Positions 13,566 to 26,059 are shown, counted from the first letter of the stretch. The stretch is DNA of 64,000 nucleotides from Eledone cirrhosa (GCA_964016885.1 OZ024745.1:50158001-50222000); one strand, 5' to 3'. Numbers and translations are program-made. The notes: generated from the sequence alone by a model not told the origin.

Positions 13566-14329
13566 TTAGCCCCTGCCAGATCTTTTGTACAACAAAAGAG
13601 CGAAACATCGTATAGTAATGAGTCAGTGGTGCATTTGTCATGACAATAGCCCATGGAGTGTCCAGCACGTTGTGCAATTTGGTGATCATCGAGTATAGGA
13701 CAGAGTCGATGTAGAGATGATATGGCAAGATGTGTGTGTCACGAAGAAAAAAAATAAAATTATAAAATGACTTTGACCAGATTTATGCAGGCGTGATGAA
13801 TGAGCCTATTGCATTTGGGTTGAGCTGCCTGTGAATTGCGTGATAAAAAGTCTAACAGGGCAGTGAAAATAACCGTAATGGGGGAAATGAATGGCCGTAA
13901 GCATGTTGCTTAAAAGTAAGTTTGCTCCAAAGCATATGACTTGAGTGAATGCATGTGGTAAAATAGCGAGGCATTCTCGAGCTATTGAGTGAATGTGTAC
14001 GTAAAAAAGAAGGCCAGTGTTTTGAGGATGCGATTTGTGAAATGCGTGATCAAAGAGAAAACATTTTGTAGTGTAAGAGTTAGAGGGACAAAATATCTAT
14101 TGTTCAATGTATGAACGAAAGGTGAAACAAAAGTGGTTGTGTAGTGTGCATGAAAAATAGAATATGTACACGCCTTGTATGTATATAAAAATTATGGCAA
14201 TTGCACAATTAATATTGCAGAACATGGAAAATAAAAAAATGCCTGAAGGTACATATGTGGCCGTGTTCTGTTGACGGGTGCTTGCAGGAGCAAGGTGAGA
14301 CATATTGTCGAAGACGGTGTACATATGAT

Positions 14330-16640
14330 CCTGGGTCTGGAACATCCTGAGGAGAGATGGGAGCAACCATCTGACCAGGTAGAACCAGAGTGGTGCCGTA
14401 CACTAATTCTGCAGGTGTGTGTCCGAATTCCTGCTTAACGGTGGATCGAATTCCCAGAAGGATGAGTGGAAGGTATACAAATCAGTGGGTCTTGTCTGGA
14501 TATGCTTTTATTGCAGCTTAAAATTGGCGATGAAATCTTTGCGGGTGATAAGCTGTCGTGCGGATGTGTTTACATCCTAACAGGCGAGTCAGTTCCCTGA
14601 AGAGGTGGGAATCAAATTAGCGTCCTCTGTCCGTTGTTATCCTCGCTGGGGCGCCATAACGTGATACCCAGTATAAAACCAAAGTTTTAGCGACTGTTTC
14701 CGCTGAGGTATCACTTATGGGAAAAGCCTCATGCCAACGGGAAAATCGATCTATGCAGGTGAGAAAATGTGTGCAGTTCTGTGATGTTGATAGAGGTCCG
14801 ACGATGTCGATATGCACATGAGGAAAACGTGCATCAGGTTGCGCGAATGTGCCGAGTGGAGTTTTGATGTGTCTGTGGACTTTGGCTTTCTGGCAAGCAA
14901 TGCAGCTCCTGACCAGTCGCGCACGTCCTTGTTAATGTTACTCCACACAAAACGAGCAGAGATGAGTTTCTGTGTAGCCCGGATTCCCGGGTGAGACAAA
15001 CAGTGTAAAGCAGAAAAAACTTGTCGACGATGCATCTGTGGTACGTACGGTCGTTCATGACCGGTAGAAAGGTCACACCAAATTTGTCCCGGAGAAGAAG
15101 GAATGGGAACTTGCTGAAACTCGAGGGATGGCGAATCTCGGAGCTTGATAAACTCTTCGTCAGTCTCTTGGTCAGCTGCGATCTGTTGAAGGTCGATGTC
15201 TGAATGCACATGTATTGCGTTCAGTTGGATTCGGAACAGGGCGTCGGCTGCTACGTTGTATGATCCCTTTATATGCCGAATATTAGTTGAATATTGGGAG
15301 ACAAAATCCAGGTGGCGGAGTTCTCTCGGTGAATGTCGATCAGGTTTGGTACGGAACGCATAAACTATTGGTTTATGGTCCGTGTAGATCACGAAATCCG
15401 ATCCTTCGAGCATATGACGAAAATGTTTAACTGAAAGGTAGGTTGCCAAGAGTTCGCGGCCAAACGTACTGTATTTGGTTTCTGCAGGTTGCAACCGCTT
15501 AGAAAAGAAGGATAAGGGTTGCCAAACGCCGTCGACATATTGTTGTAAAACGTCTCCAACCCCCGTGTCTGATGCGTCCACTAGCAGCGAAAGAGGAGCG
15601 CCAGATCTGAGGAAAACGAGCATGGAAGCGTTTGCCAACATTTCCTTCAGGCGGTTGAAAGATGTTAGTTCTTCCTCGTTCCGAGTGATGTCTTCGTTTT
15701 TCCGAGTCCGGTTGCGAAGAAGGTCCGTGAGGAGTCTGGCTGCCTCGGCACAATGAAGGATGAAACGCCTATAGAAATTCACCAAACCGAGGAATTCACG
15801 CAGTTTCCGAAGTGATGTAGGTGCGGGAAAATTGCGGATAGCTTCTACTTTCTCAGGAAGTGGACGAATGCCGTCTTTATCAATGATGTGCCCGAGAAAG
15901 GACAGTGAAGGGACGCCGAGAAGGCACTTGCTGGGGTTGATGATAATACCGTACTCGGCCAAACGTTGAAAAAGAAGATGTAAGTGCTTCTCGTGTTCTT
16001 GCTCGGAAGTACTTGCTACTAGCACGTCGTCGATATACGCGTATACAAAGGGTAGATCACGAAACACGGTGTCAATAAACCGCTGAAAAGTTTGTGCAGC
16101 GTTGCGCAGACCGAACAGCATTCGCAGGAATTCAAATAAACCGAACGGTGTCGTGATTGCGGTCTTCGGAACATCAGCAGGCTCCACAGGTATCTGGTTA
16201 TATGCTCGTACCAAATCTATCTTGGAAAAGATGCGTGCGCCTTGCAGAGAGGCAGAAAAGTCGAGCAAGTGAGGTACAGGGTAATTATCGGGTACTGTGG
16301 AATTTTGAGTGCACGATAATCCCCACATGGTCGCCAATCATTCTCTGTTTTCTTAGGGGTGCAGACCAGTTGCTGGAGGAAGGACGAATGATCCCAAGGT
16401 TCAGCATGTGTTGAAACTCCTGTTAGGCGATTCTCAATCGGTCTGGAGGCATTGTTCTTGGTCGGGAAGCCGTGGGTGGTCCTCTTGTCTCGATATAATG
16501 TGTGACACTATTTTTAATCCTTAAATACCGGGCGAGTATCTGGGTATTTCTGGAGAATGCAGTTGTAAAGCGAAGGCTCTGACTGGCAAATTACAGGGCT
16601 CACTGTGGATTGCGTGGTAAATATACCTCTCACAGTGAGG
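14330..16640 (-). pseudogene. Gypsy pol (RT-RNase H-integrase), frameshifted; protease not recognisable
   Basis: [39 protein letters not shown]; RNase H DAS/ELLA/TDHKP; integrase LH.LSHPG and HIDIVGPL...[13 protein letters not shown]. Confidence 0.93.
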
Positions 16641-16652
16641 TTTGTGGTGGTG

Positions 16653-17530
16653 TCAATAAGCCTCCGGTTCTTCATGTCCACCAGATCTGCTCATTTCCCT
16701 GGGTGGTATTCTGGAAAGCGCACGGGCCCTTGCACTTAGGTGCCCGTGCGCCAAATTCTGCGTGATACCAGCAAAGGTTGCCAGACACACGACTGGGACA
16801 TTTTGACTGGGACTTCTGGATCTTCGACGGTGAAAGAGCCTGGATCGACTGCTGCCGCGCCGCCAGTGTGTTCGAAAGGTCCGGTTTTCTAATTGATTTG
16901 AGAGGGCTTTAATTTGACCAGCCTGCTCTCTGATCATAGCCCGCAGCTCTGAAATCTCGGAGGTGGAGTCTGAGGACGCTGCGTAAGGGTTCGTCCGATG
17001 ATCAACTTGTGCCACTGAGGCAATCTTATCCGCAATCTTATCAGCGATCTTATCCGCGACACTCGCCAGTTCTTCCGGGGTTGCTGACTCGTTGGTCGAC
17101 GCCAGAATGCCCTGCATTGATAGCAGCAAGCGCTGTATAAACATCCGTTTCAGCACATCTTCTGAAAGTGGTTGGTCTTCCATCAGCTGTCTCATCTTTC
17201 GCAGTAGTTGGGAGACACGAGTTGGTTGAGTCGTCTCTGCTGTGACGCGGTCGTTCGTTTGATCAATTCCTTGCGGAATGATTCATATGACACCGTGCCC
17301 GGCGGTGCCATGACGAGGTCCCTCACCTAAGCCAAAACTTCTGGCGGGACAGACCCAATGGTGTGGGTGAGCTTTTCAGAATCGCTCTTAATTCTATTAG
17401 CGGCAAATTGTGCTTCTATGTGAGCGAACCACAGGGTTGGGTCGTTGGATAAAAAAACAGGGACCTTCAACGTTAAAGCCGCTTGTGTAGTTGCTTTCTC
17501 GGCCTCTGCCGTTGGTTGTGACATGTTCAT
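16653..17530 (-). pseudogene. Gypsy gag (interrupted)
   Basis: LKVPVF...DPTLWFAHIEAQF, followed after a stop and frameshift by MRQLM...LKRMFIQRL...LASVADKI and an RSRSPS tract. Confidence 0.85.
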
Positions 17531-17563
17531 GTTGGTTTCTTGTTAGGCTGCTGTCTGGTTCGC

Positions 17564-17587
17564 GTTCGAATCACGTCCGGGTTACCA
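17564..17587 (-). promoter_or_regulatory. Primer-binding site, tRNA-Trp
   Basis: Minus strand TGGTAACCCGGACGTGATTCGAAC immediately follows the 5' LTR. It matches the complement of the eukaryotic tRNA-Trp 3' end (TGGTGACCCCGACGTGATTCGAAC, recalled) with 2 mismatches. Confidence 0.8.
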
Positions 17588-17589
17588 AT

Positions 17590-18089
17590 TCTAGTGACGT
17601 GGTTAGTGGGTCTGGTCACTACTTCTGATCGGATCTGGGGATAGCCCTTAAAAGGACTGTTATCGCATACGGTAAGGATGAACAGACGAAGGAAGAAGTT
17701 GAAAGGACGAGCAGGCAAGAAATGTAGTTTCGTTCAACGATTTATTCCATACATGAAGCGACGATACAGAGGTACAAGGCGTGTGTGAGTGGCATGTGTG
17801 GCAGAGGAGAGAAACAACGATACGCTAGCTGACTCTGCCAAAGGTCGACTGACGAAAGTGTTTGGAACCACTCTATTTTTACAAAAATAATCGTTTGACG
17901 TTTAGCCGCTGTGTAGGCGTTTTATTTTGGTGGCCTAAGGGTTGTTTGTTTCACTGGGATGAGGTAGCTAGGTAGGCAGATAGAGTTGTTTGTTTCACTA
18001 GGAAATGACAGATAGGTAGCTAGATAAGCAGATAGATAGAGTTATTTATTTCACTGCTAAGGAGAGATGTTATTTCCGGTGGCTATACA
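17590..18089 (-). repeat. 5' LTR of Gypsy element
   Basis: Direct repeat of 13119-13565, adjacent to the PBS. Confidence 0.92.
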
Positions 18090-18140
18090 CTGGTGTTGGT
18101 GGTGTCTGTTGTGGTGTTAATGGTGGTGGTTGCGAGGTTG

Positions 18141-18172
<32 letters not shown>

Positions 18173-18278
18173 GGTGGTGGTGGTATTAATGGTGTTGGTT
18201 GCGGGGTTGTTGTTGTTGTTGGTGGTGGTGTTAATGGTGGTGGTTGCGAGGTTGTTATTGTTGGTTGCGGGATTGTTG

Positions 18279-18309
<31 letters not shown>

Positions 18310-20554
18310 CGGCGGCGGCGGTGTCTGTTGTGGTGTTAATGGTGGTGATGTCTGTTGTGGTGGTGGTGATGGTGGTGCTGGTGAGGTGTTGGTAATATTT
18401 GCCTCAAGCCTTTAGCTTTTTTTTCCTTCTTTTTTTTAGGGTGAAGTCAGAGAGTTTTTTTCTCTTTTTGTTATTGTGGAATACGGTTTGCTACACCTCA
18501 CCTTCGTCATAATTTGTATCCAATTATATAATGTCCGGTAGGGTCATGTTTTCCACGCGCATGGATGTTGAAGCTGGTGGTGGGGCTGCAGCTTCAGCCT
18601 TTGTCATGTTTGTTGCTGCTGCTGTTGTTCCTATCTGTTACATATTTGACCCTAAGTTGGGATAGAGCCAGAAACTCTCGCTCTTTATGGGGTTGATAGA
18701 GTGAGCCTTCGCTTCGATTGCCGATGCAAATCTCACTTCTATTGTCCCGTATTCTCTCCCTCTTGAGACAAAGGTTGGTTTTTTTTTGTTTGTTTTTTGT
18801 CCATATCTCCTTTAAGACATGTTGAGCTTCCTGAATAGAGGGTCGCTCCAGTCGTTTACTGCGGAGATATAAACATTTATAAATGATTGTACATTTCTGT
18901 ACATTTGAAATTTCATCTTCCGGCACTGCTATTTGTACTTTGCTGCCGCCTCTCTGTATAAGAAGCATCGCTTCTCTGAAGGTAACTAAATCCACCTTGT
19001 TGTTTGTGGCTGTTTTTGCTGCGACGCTATATTTATTTTTTCTTTGGCATTGTTAGCAGTCTTGTTGTTGTTGTTGTCGTCGTCGTTGACGGCGGTAGTG
19101 ATGCTGGACAAAGTAGGAAAATCTTAAAATTCTGTAACTATGTTTTGATTGTTGCTGTTGTGTTGGTTGTCGTTGTTGTTGTTATTGCTTTTGTCATGTT
19201 TAGGGGTACAGCTGTTGGTATCTTTGTTTGCAGCTACTAAAAATGGTGATTCATCATTTTTACTAATGAAAGAACTGGCCTTTTTTTGGGGGGGGGGGTT
19301 AACAAAATCACACTTTCGAACGGGCGTTTTAGCCCGTTCCACTGCACAGAACGAAGGTAACTTATGGGCAGCAGCAGCGAATTCCCTCTTACATCAAAGG
19401 CCAGCTAACGCAGGCTGGATATAGAACGTGTAACGATATGGCCTCAGCCGGATGGTTGGAACAAGTAAAAGAGTAAAAGATCCGTAGTAATAGAGCACTC
19501 AGTCCATGGAATGAGTTCGTAAGAAGTTAGTTCCACAACAGTTAATAAACCATTTTCGAGGACGCCTGTTTCACCTTGCATCCCAACGTAAATGATCATA
19601 ATATTAGTCGATCATATTAGTTTAGAAAATCGGGAGAAATATTTATGGGGAGAGGAAATGGGGGATAGAGCCCCTCTAGAAAACCACATACTTTTAATTC
19701 TATCATTTATTATGTGAATTGGAGCAAAACTGATTGTATATATACTGTATATGAAACTACCAGCGAAATAGGTCCAGGCAGCAGAACACACACATTCATA
19801 TGATACAGCGTGGAAGATGTATAAATGTAAGATATTGGGTCATTAGGTTGATTACTGGTATTGAAACTAATGTGAGTAGGCAATGCTATTTGTTCCCCTT
19901 CAATACCCTCGAAATAATATATGAAAATGATTCAGATAGAAAAACCGAAGTAAGGGAATATACCTTTTATTTTACATTATTGAATTTTTAAAGGCATGAT
20001 AATACGCTTCAATTTTATTTCACTTTCGTTGTTGTTATTTCTATAACTACATCCACTACCTTTCTCCCTTTAAACTCTATAGAGTGATATCTGAAAGCTC
20101 TACGGTGTGCACCGGATTACTTAGTACCTTAGGCTATCTCTAAATTGTGTGCTTGAGAATTTACTGCTTTAGGCTAACTCTACAGTGTGTCTGAGTATTT
20201 ACTGCCCTAGGCCAGCACTTCAATGTGTGCCTGAATATTTAGTGCCAACGGATAGCCCTACAATATGCTTTTCACCTCATGTCAATTGAACCATTCAGAT
20301 TCCAAACTATTTGAAACCACCTGTGATTGATTCTACGATACCAAGCTGTATACACGCATTTTGGGATACCCGATTCAGGCCCATTACCTCCTCCTCCTCC
20401 TTCTTCTCCTTCTTCTTCTTCATTATTATTATGGTCTGCCTTACAAGCTTTACACAAACATTCCAGGCCTTTTCGACAACAGAACGAGAAAATTCCCAGT
20501 TCAGTGAGTTGAGGGGTGGTAGCGCTGCTGAGAAAGGATTCGAACAAGAGGGAT

Positions 20555-21515
20555 CATATATACAATTTCAGGCCCTTAACTCTGCTAAACTCAGGGTTTA
20601 AAGTTTGGGCCAAAGTATTATCAACGAGATTGGTGATATGTTAAGGAGGCGCAGACCTGCGCCATTCCGGACAGGTCTATCCACGACAACCTCCACCTCA
20701 TTCGATACATCATAGAGAGGATGGCTAAGGAACCTGGCACGGGTGGGGCTCTGATCAATTTATATCAATCAAAGGCTTTCAGTGGGTTGAACATCGCTAC
20801 CTTGCAGCCGTCCTCAAAGCAACAGGCTTTAGACCCGCTTTCAGGAGCTGGATCACTGCAATGCCTAGCGACATTTCGAAACCATTCAACATCATGCGCT
20901 CGGTCCACCAACGTTGTCCCTTCTCGTCCCTTCTGTATGTGTTAACTCTTGAGCCATTACTACGCAAACTGGAGACTTTGAGAGGCATCCCACGAGAACT
21001 TGGATGTGGGAGATCCATATCTGCATATGCCGAGGACGTCAACGTAGTGGTGTCAAACATCAAACACATTGAGATGATCGGCACCACTCTCAGGGAGTAC
21101 AAAGCGGTAACAGGAGCAAAAATTAACCAGGAAAAGTCAGAGGGCCAGCAGCTCGGCACCTCATTGAGTGTCAGAGTATTGCTGACCTACGGGTTTATGT
21201 CGAGCACCTCCTGTCACGTATAGGACAGATGCCACTATCAACTGAGTCGATTCTGAAGATTACACCACTGTCCCCCTTTAGACGGGAAGGACAGGCCGTT
21301 TTTATCTGCCTGGTCGCCATGACAAAAGAGGTGGACGCGTTTGAAAGGGTTGAAGAGCATTTTCGTCTTCGGCGAAGCCCTGATTAACGTTTTCAGGTTT
21401 CACTTGAAGAGGAAAAATTAGAGGGGAGAGGGAAGTGCTGCCTACCAACTAGTTTGTTGAAAGGTGGATGAGAATGACAAGCATGGTCTGTGGGAATGGG
21501 CCTGCCTTGAGCAAA
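20555..21515 (+). mobile_element. Tx1/L1-like LINE fragment with internal deletions
   Basis: Aligns to 930-1575 (RT), then jumps to the C-terminal region homologous to 55170-55530. Confidence 0.85.
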
Positions 21516-21849
21516 AAAACGCCCTTAGTCTTAAAGATAGTACTCATCACCTCTTCTCTGGTACTCTTATAAATTAGCCAAGATTCTGTAGCAAAGTGAA
21601 TTCCTGAAAAGGCCTGAAAATATCAATTTAACATGTATTTCAGAGCTATCGTCAAACATTAGCAAAAGGAAAAGACATTGAATGTTGGCTAATAGGTTTC
21701 TTTAACAGGCCAGACGCTATAGGTAGTGGTGGTGCTTAAGCGCTAGTGTAATATAAGTTCGCACGCCGATACACGTTTACCCTTATACCGTGCCTTCCCA
21801 AATACTCTGGTGCGTTATGGTCCACCTCGTATCTTACCACACCCCTTTG

Positions 21850-21931
<82 letters not shown>

Positions 21932-21955
21932 CTCGTATCTTACCACACCCCTTTG

Positions 21956-22037
<82 letters not shown>

Positions 22038-22067
22038 AGATCAAAAGATGGTTAAAGGAGTTCCATA

Positions 22068-22138
22068 TATTTTATTATGCGCATTTCAAAAACAAACATC
22101 ATCAAGCAATAATATTTGTGTTTTCATCAGATAAAACA
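22068..22138 (-). ncRNA. Type I hammerhead ribozyme (mirror copy of 22247-22317)
   Basis: Reverse complement of the plus-strand ribozyme in the other arm. Confidence 0.82.
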
Positions 22139-22246
22139 GGAGAACATGATATGAAGGCTAAAAAACACTTGTGGATAGTGCAGTTTTAAATCAACACAAA
22201 ACTGCACTATCCACAAGTGTTTTTTAGCCTTCATATCATGTTCTCC

Positions 22247-22317
22247 TGTTTTATCTGATGAAAACACAAATATTATTGCTTGATGATGTTTGTTTTTGAA
22301 ATGCGCATAATAAAATA
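22247..22317 (+). ncRNA. Type I hammerhead ribozyme
   Basis: Stem I TTTTAT/ATAAAA; CTGATGA 22255-22261; ~15-bp AU/GU-rich stem II; GAAA 22298-22301; palindromic stem III TGCGCA; cleavage triplet AUA. Confidence 0.85.
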
Positions 22318-22438
22318 TATGGAACTCCTTTAACCATCTTTTGATCTTATATTATGCATACTCCAGTCCCACAAACTGTAGAGTGCTTCTTATCCGATAT
22401 CTGCATTGCTTTATTGTACTACAATAAAACTCACCTCC

Positions 22439-22528
<90 letters not shown>

Positions 22529-22677
22529 CATATATATATATAATTGGAAATTTAGTAAAATCGAATCTCTGGTGAGTGAAAGTAGGAGGGAGAAGGAGAG
22601 AGAAGGGGGAGAGAGAAAGAGGATAGCAGTAAGGGAAGAGAAAAAGACAGGTCACAGCGAAGGCGAAAGCATATATG

Positions 22678-22895
22678 AATGAAAAATGGCGAGCTGTGTT
22701 GTTGCATATATGATATATATAATAAAGATTTCTAATTCTTTTTATCCCAATAACTTAATTTAGTTATTGTATTGCCCTAGCCGGAGGTATCTATGATGGC
22801 TAGTAGACCACCGATGATGGATAGTCCTGGCTTCTATTTCTAATTCTTTATTATATATATCATATTTGCAACAACACAGCTCGCCATTTTTCATT
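22678..22895. repeat. ~50-bp inverted repeat with ~115-bp spacer
   Basis: AATGAAAAATGGCGAGCTGTGTTGTTGCA...AATAAAGA is inverted relative to TCTTTATT...TGCAACAACACAGCTCGCCATTTTTCATT. Confidence 0.85.
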
Positions 22896-23019
22896 AGTGT
22901 GAAATTTCTTTTTGAAGGACTACTGGGCTTTCAAACTTGGCGGTCCTTCTAGCACTAACAGAGACCATCACTGAATATTAATATCGATGTAGTTTTTTTA
23001 TATTGATATTGCATGGGCA

Positions 23020-23142
23020 TCCACTGATGAGTTATGAGGGACGACTTGTGTGTATATCTATGGATTATATACACATTTCTACATAACTTGGACATTATTT
23101 CTCCCACATTGTAGAAATCTTATAACGAAACGATCGTATGGA
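23020..23142 (+). ncRNA. Type I hammerhead ribozyme with ~96-nt stem II domain
   Basis: TCCA-CTGATGA (23024-23030)-GTTATGAG...CTTATAAC-GAAA (23127-23130)-CGATCG-TA-TGGA. The core is canonical, stem II opens with G10.1-C11.1, and the cleavage triplet is GUA. Confidence 0.88.
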
Positions 23143-23325
23143 AAGAAAGAGAGATTTATTTAATTATGTCTCATATAAAATAATACAACCAACTATCCAC
23201 GGAATATTATATAGTTAGCACCCCAAACACATAATTGGGATTATATACAGGTATATCCTTATGTTTGTTGAGTGAGATGGAGTTGGTCAGAGTATCGCTG
23301 AAAGCTTTCTCTGTTAATGTATTAA

Positions 23326-23435
<110 letters not shown>

Positions 23436-23466
23436 GGATTTAAATGGATACAGTTTAGTTAAAAGG

Positions 23467-23593
23467 AATTTATTGACACGTGTTTCTATAACAGTTACAT
23501 AACCTGAAAACAGCTGCTATCTACAAAGTATTAGTTATGTAGACATTCAATATTTCAATGTTATTATCAACTGTCATTTCATCAGAGTAATTT
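23467..23593 (-). ncRNA. Hammerhead ribozyme motif in the inverted pseudo-LTR copy
   Basis: Reverse complement of 25789-25915 (TCATCAG at 23579-23585). Confidence 0.72.
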
Positions 23594-23693
23594 TACTGAG
23601 GACCTGTTTGGTTTTTATAGAGAATATTAGGAGGGAGGGGTGAAGTTGTTAGAAGAGTAGTTGAGGGAGTGGTTTTTTGATAGCAGTAAGAAT

Positions 23694-24958
23694 ATACCGC
23701 GACGATGTTCTCCTCCTAGTTAAAAACCTAAATAACCAACAACTAGAAAAACTACGCAAAGATATAAGAAAACTACTACTCGAAATAGGACTAACTATAA
23801 CATATGAATACAACCTTAAAGTAGTTAACTTCCTGGATGTCACACTCAATTTAAACTCTGGTCTGATTAAACCGTTTCATAAATGGAATGAAAATCTCAA
23901 GTACGTAAATGTTGGGTCTAACCACCCCATCTCTATAATTAAATCTATCCCTAAAAATATTTCCCTTAGAATCTCGGGTCTATCTTCTAACATACAAGTA
24001 TTTAAGGAACACGCCGAGTACTACGATAACGCCCTTAGTAAAGCAGGCTACCTCAACAAAATAGAGTATATAGATGAGAACAATCAAAACACCCAAAATA
24101 AATCTCACACAGGGAGATATAATAACACAACACCAAACCACACTTACTACCATAGTATACACACCAGTAAACCAACAAACAAAACTAATAGAAAGCGATG
24201 CAAAGAGTACTTATGGTATAACCCCGAAAACAATAGTTCCATTAGTACAAATTTACCAGTACTCTTCTTTAAAATAATTAAGAGACACTTTCCTACATCA
24301 CACAAATACCACAAAATCCTAAACCCTACCACTATAAGACTGTCATACTCTACAGCGTTAAACCTTGAACAACACATAAAAAAGATCAATACTAGAAGGT
24401 TAAACGAAAACACTAAAAATTTAAGTACAAAGAACACAAAAAAAAACAGTAGACAATACACTACAGAACATAAATAAACCACACCTAAGTTCGTCCAGAA
24501 AAAACCCAACGTACACAACTGTAACTGCACCTATCCTGACAACTGCCCCCTCGGCAATAACTGCCTGGAAAAAAATATCATTTATAAGTGTACCATTAAA
24601 TCCGGAGGCAACGAGTGGTATTACGTGGGATCAACGGCAACATCGTTTAAATCTCGATTATATAGGCATTCTTACTCAATAAAACACCAGAGCCAAAGAA
24701 ATGTAACAACTTTAGCAGAAAAAGCTTATAAAGAATTAGAAAAAGCTTTAGGATCAAAAGTTTACCCTAAAATGGGAGAAATTAGCTAAAACCCAAAGCT
24801 TTTCCAGGAGCCAAAATTTCTGCAAATTGTGTAATCTTGAGATATATTACATAATCACACACAAGAAGAAATTGCTGAATAACAGAATTGTACGAACATT
24901 ATTCTGCCGTCACCGAACTAAAACCCTTTTTTCCCACTACAAGCTGAATATTACATAA
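23694..24958 (+). pseudogene. PLE RT (from YRDD) - CxC-x5-C-x5-C linker - GIY-YIG endonuclease; stop at 24475-24477 and frameshift near 24765
   Basis: YRDD, VNFLDVTLNL, YVN..SNHP, WYNP and IRLSYS; past the TAA: CNCTYPDNCPLGNNCLEKNIIYKC...YYVGSTATSFKSRLYRH; after the frameshift: LKWEK...FCKLCNLE...LLNNR...FCRHR. Confidence 0.9.
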
Positions 24959-25233
24959 AAGAGGGACATCCCCCCAACTATATAAACCTCAATCTAGTTA
25001 GAAAAGTATAAAAACAATCTCTTCTCAACATATATATGTATATTAATAACCTTAAATTACCACACTAATAATGGAAAGATATGCTGATGAGAACAGGTGC
25101 AAATATGCTATAGTGAATGTGTCTAAAAGCGACCATAAGTATATATATATATGTGAAAATGTATATAAATAAGTAAATATATATATATGTTTGATGTGTA
25201 TAGTTAGATGTAAGTGTATTCATGTATTAAAGT

Positions 25234-25270
<37 letters not shown>

Positions 25271-25788
25271 CACATAGACTGGAGTATGTATGTATATATG
25301 TGTGTGTCTATACGTGTGTATATAAAGATAAGTTGAGTATGAAAATGTATACACATGAACGCGTATGTATGTTCATGTATATATGTATATATATATATGT
25401 GTGCATGCGTATATGTATGTAAGTATGAGCCTGTAAGTATGTGTATGTGAGTATATGTATTTTGTAGAGGTGTCCATATATGTTTGTGTGTGAATGCGTG
25501 GGCGAAAGGATACGTACACTTGAAAGAAATATTTAAGTCTGAATGTTAATTAAGTGCAAACACAAAACCAACCATCCATATCTATACTATCTCTGATCCT
25601 TCAATAGATTTAGAAAAATAACCAATAATGTATTCTATAAAAATGTCAAAACAACAGATGGGAATCTAATTACTCACTGCCACCAAAAATTCTTACTGCT
25701 ATCAAAAAACCACTCCCTCAACTATTCTTCTAACAACTTCACCCCTCCCTCCTATTATTCTCTATAAAAACCAAACAGGTCCTCAGTA

Positions 25789-25915
25789 AAATTACTCTGA
25801 TGAAATGACAGTTGATAATAACATTGAAATATTGAATGTCTACATAACTAATACTTTGTAGATAGCAGCTGTTTTCAGGTTATGTAACTGTTATAGAAAC
25901 ACGTGTCAATAAATT
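25789..25915 (+). ncRNA. Hammerhead ribozyme motif in PLE 3' pseudo-LTR, long stem II
   Basis: CTGATGA 25797-25803; stem II ATGACAGTT/AACTGTTAT enclosing ~70 nt; GAAA 25896-25899; palindromic stem III CACGTG; cleavage triplet GUC. Stem I is imperfect. Confidence 0.75.
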
Positions 25916-26059
25916 CCTTTTAACTAAACTGTATCCATTTAAATCCTTCTATTTTTCTCCGGATTACTTTTGGAACTACAACTGGAACCGTCGAGCAAAC
26001 TCTACGTGAGCTGTCCATCTACTGTGTGTAATATTTATATTACAACACTACGGAAAATA

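Larger units (their letters stand above)
13119..18089 (-). mobile_element. Ty3/Gypsy LTR retrotransposon, both LTRs present, coding region disrupted
   Basis: Direct LTRs ~13119-13565 and ~17590-18089 (minus strand starts TGTA). Gag-RT-RNaseH-integrase order on the minus strand. Possible 4-bp TSD CTGG (13115-13118 / 18090-18093). It interrupts a GTG/GTT-rich repeat that resumes on both sides. Confidence 0.95.
22030..22355. repeat. Perfect inverted repeat, 158-bp arms with 10-nt spacer, one hammerhead per arm
   Basis: 22030-22187 is the reverse complement of 22198-22355. Flanked by (TA)n tracts. Confidence 0.95.

Noticed and set aside
17561-17587. tRNA-like 3' half (GTTCGAATC...CCA)
   Set aside because: Only ~25 nt adjacent to an LTR; it is the primer-binding site, not a tRNA gene. 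SINE B-boxes are likewise not tRNA genes.
24475-24477. In-frame stop in the PLE ORF as possible selenocysteine recoding
   Set aside because: The codon is TAA, not TGA, and a downstream frameshift indicates ordinary decay.
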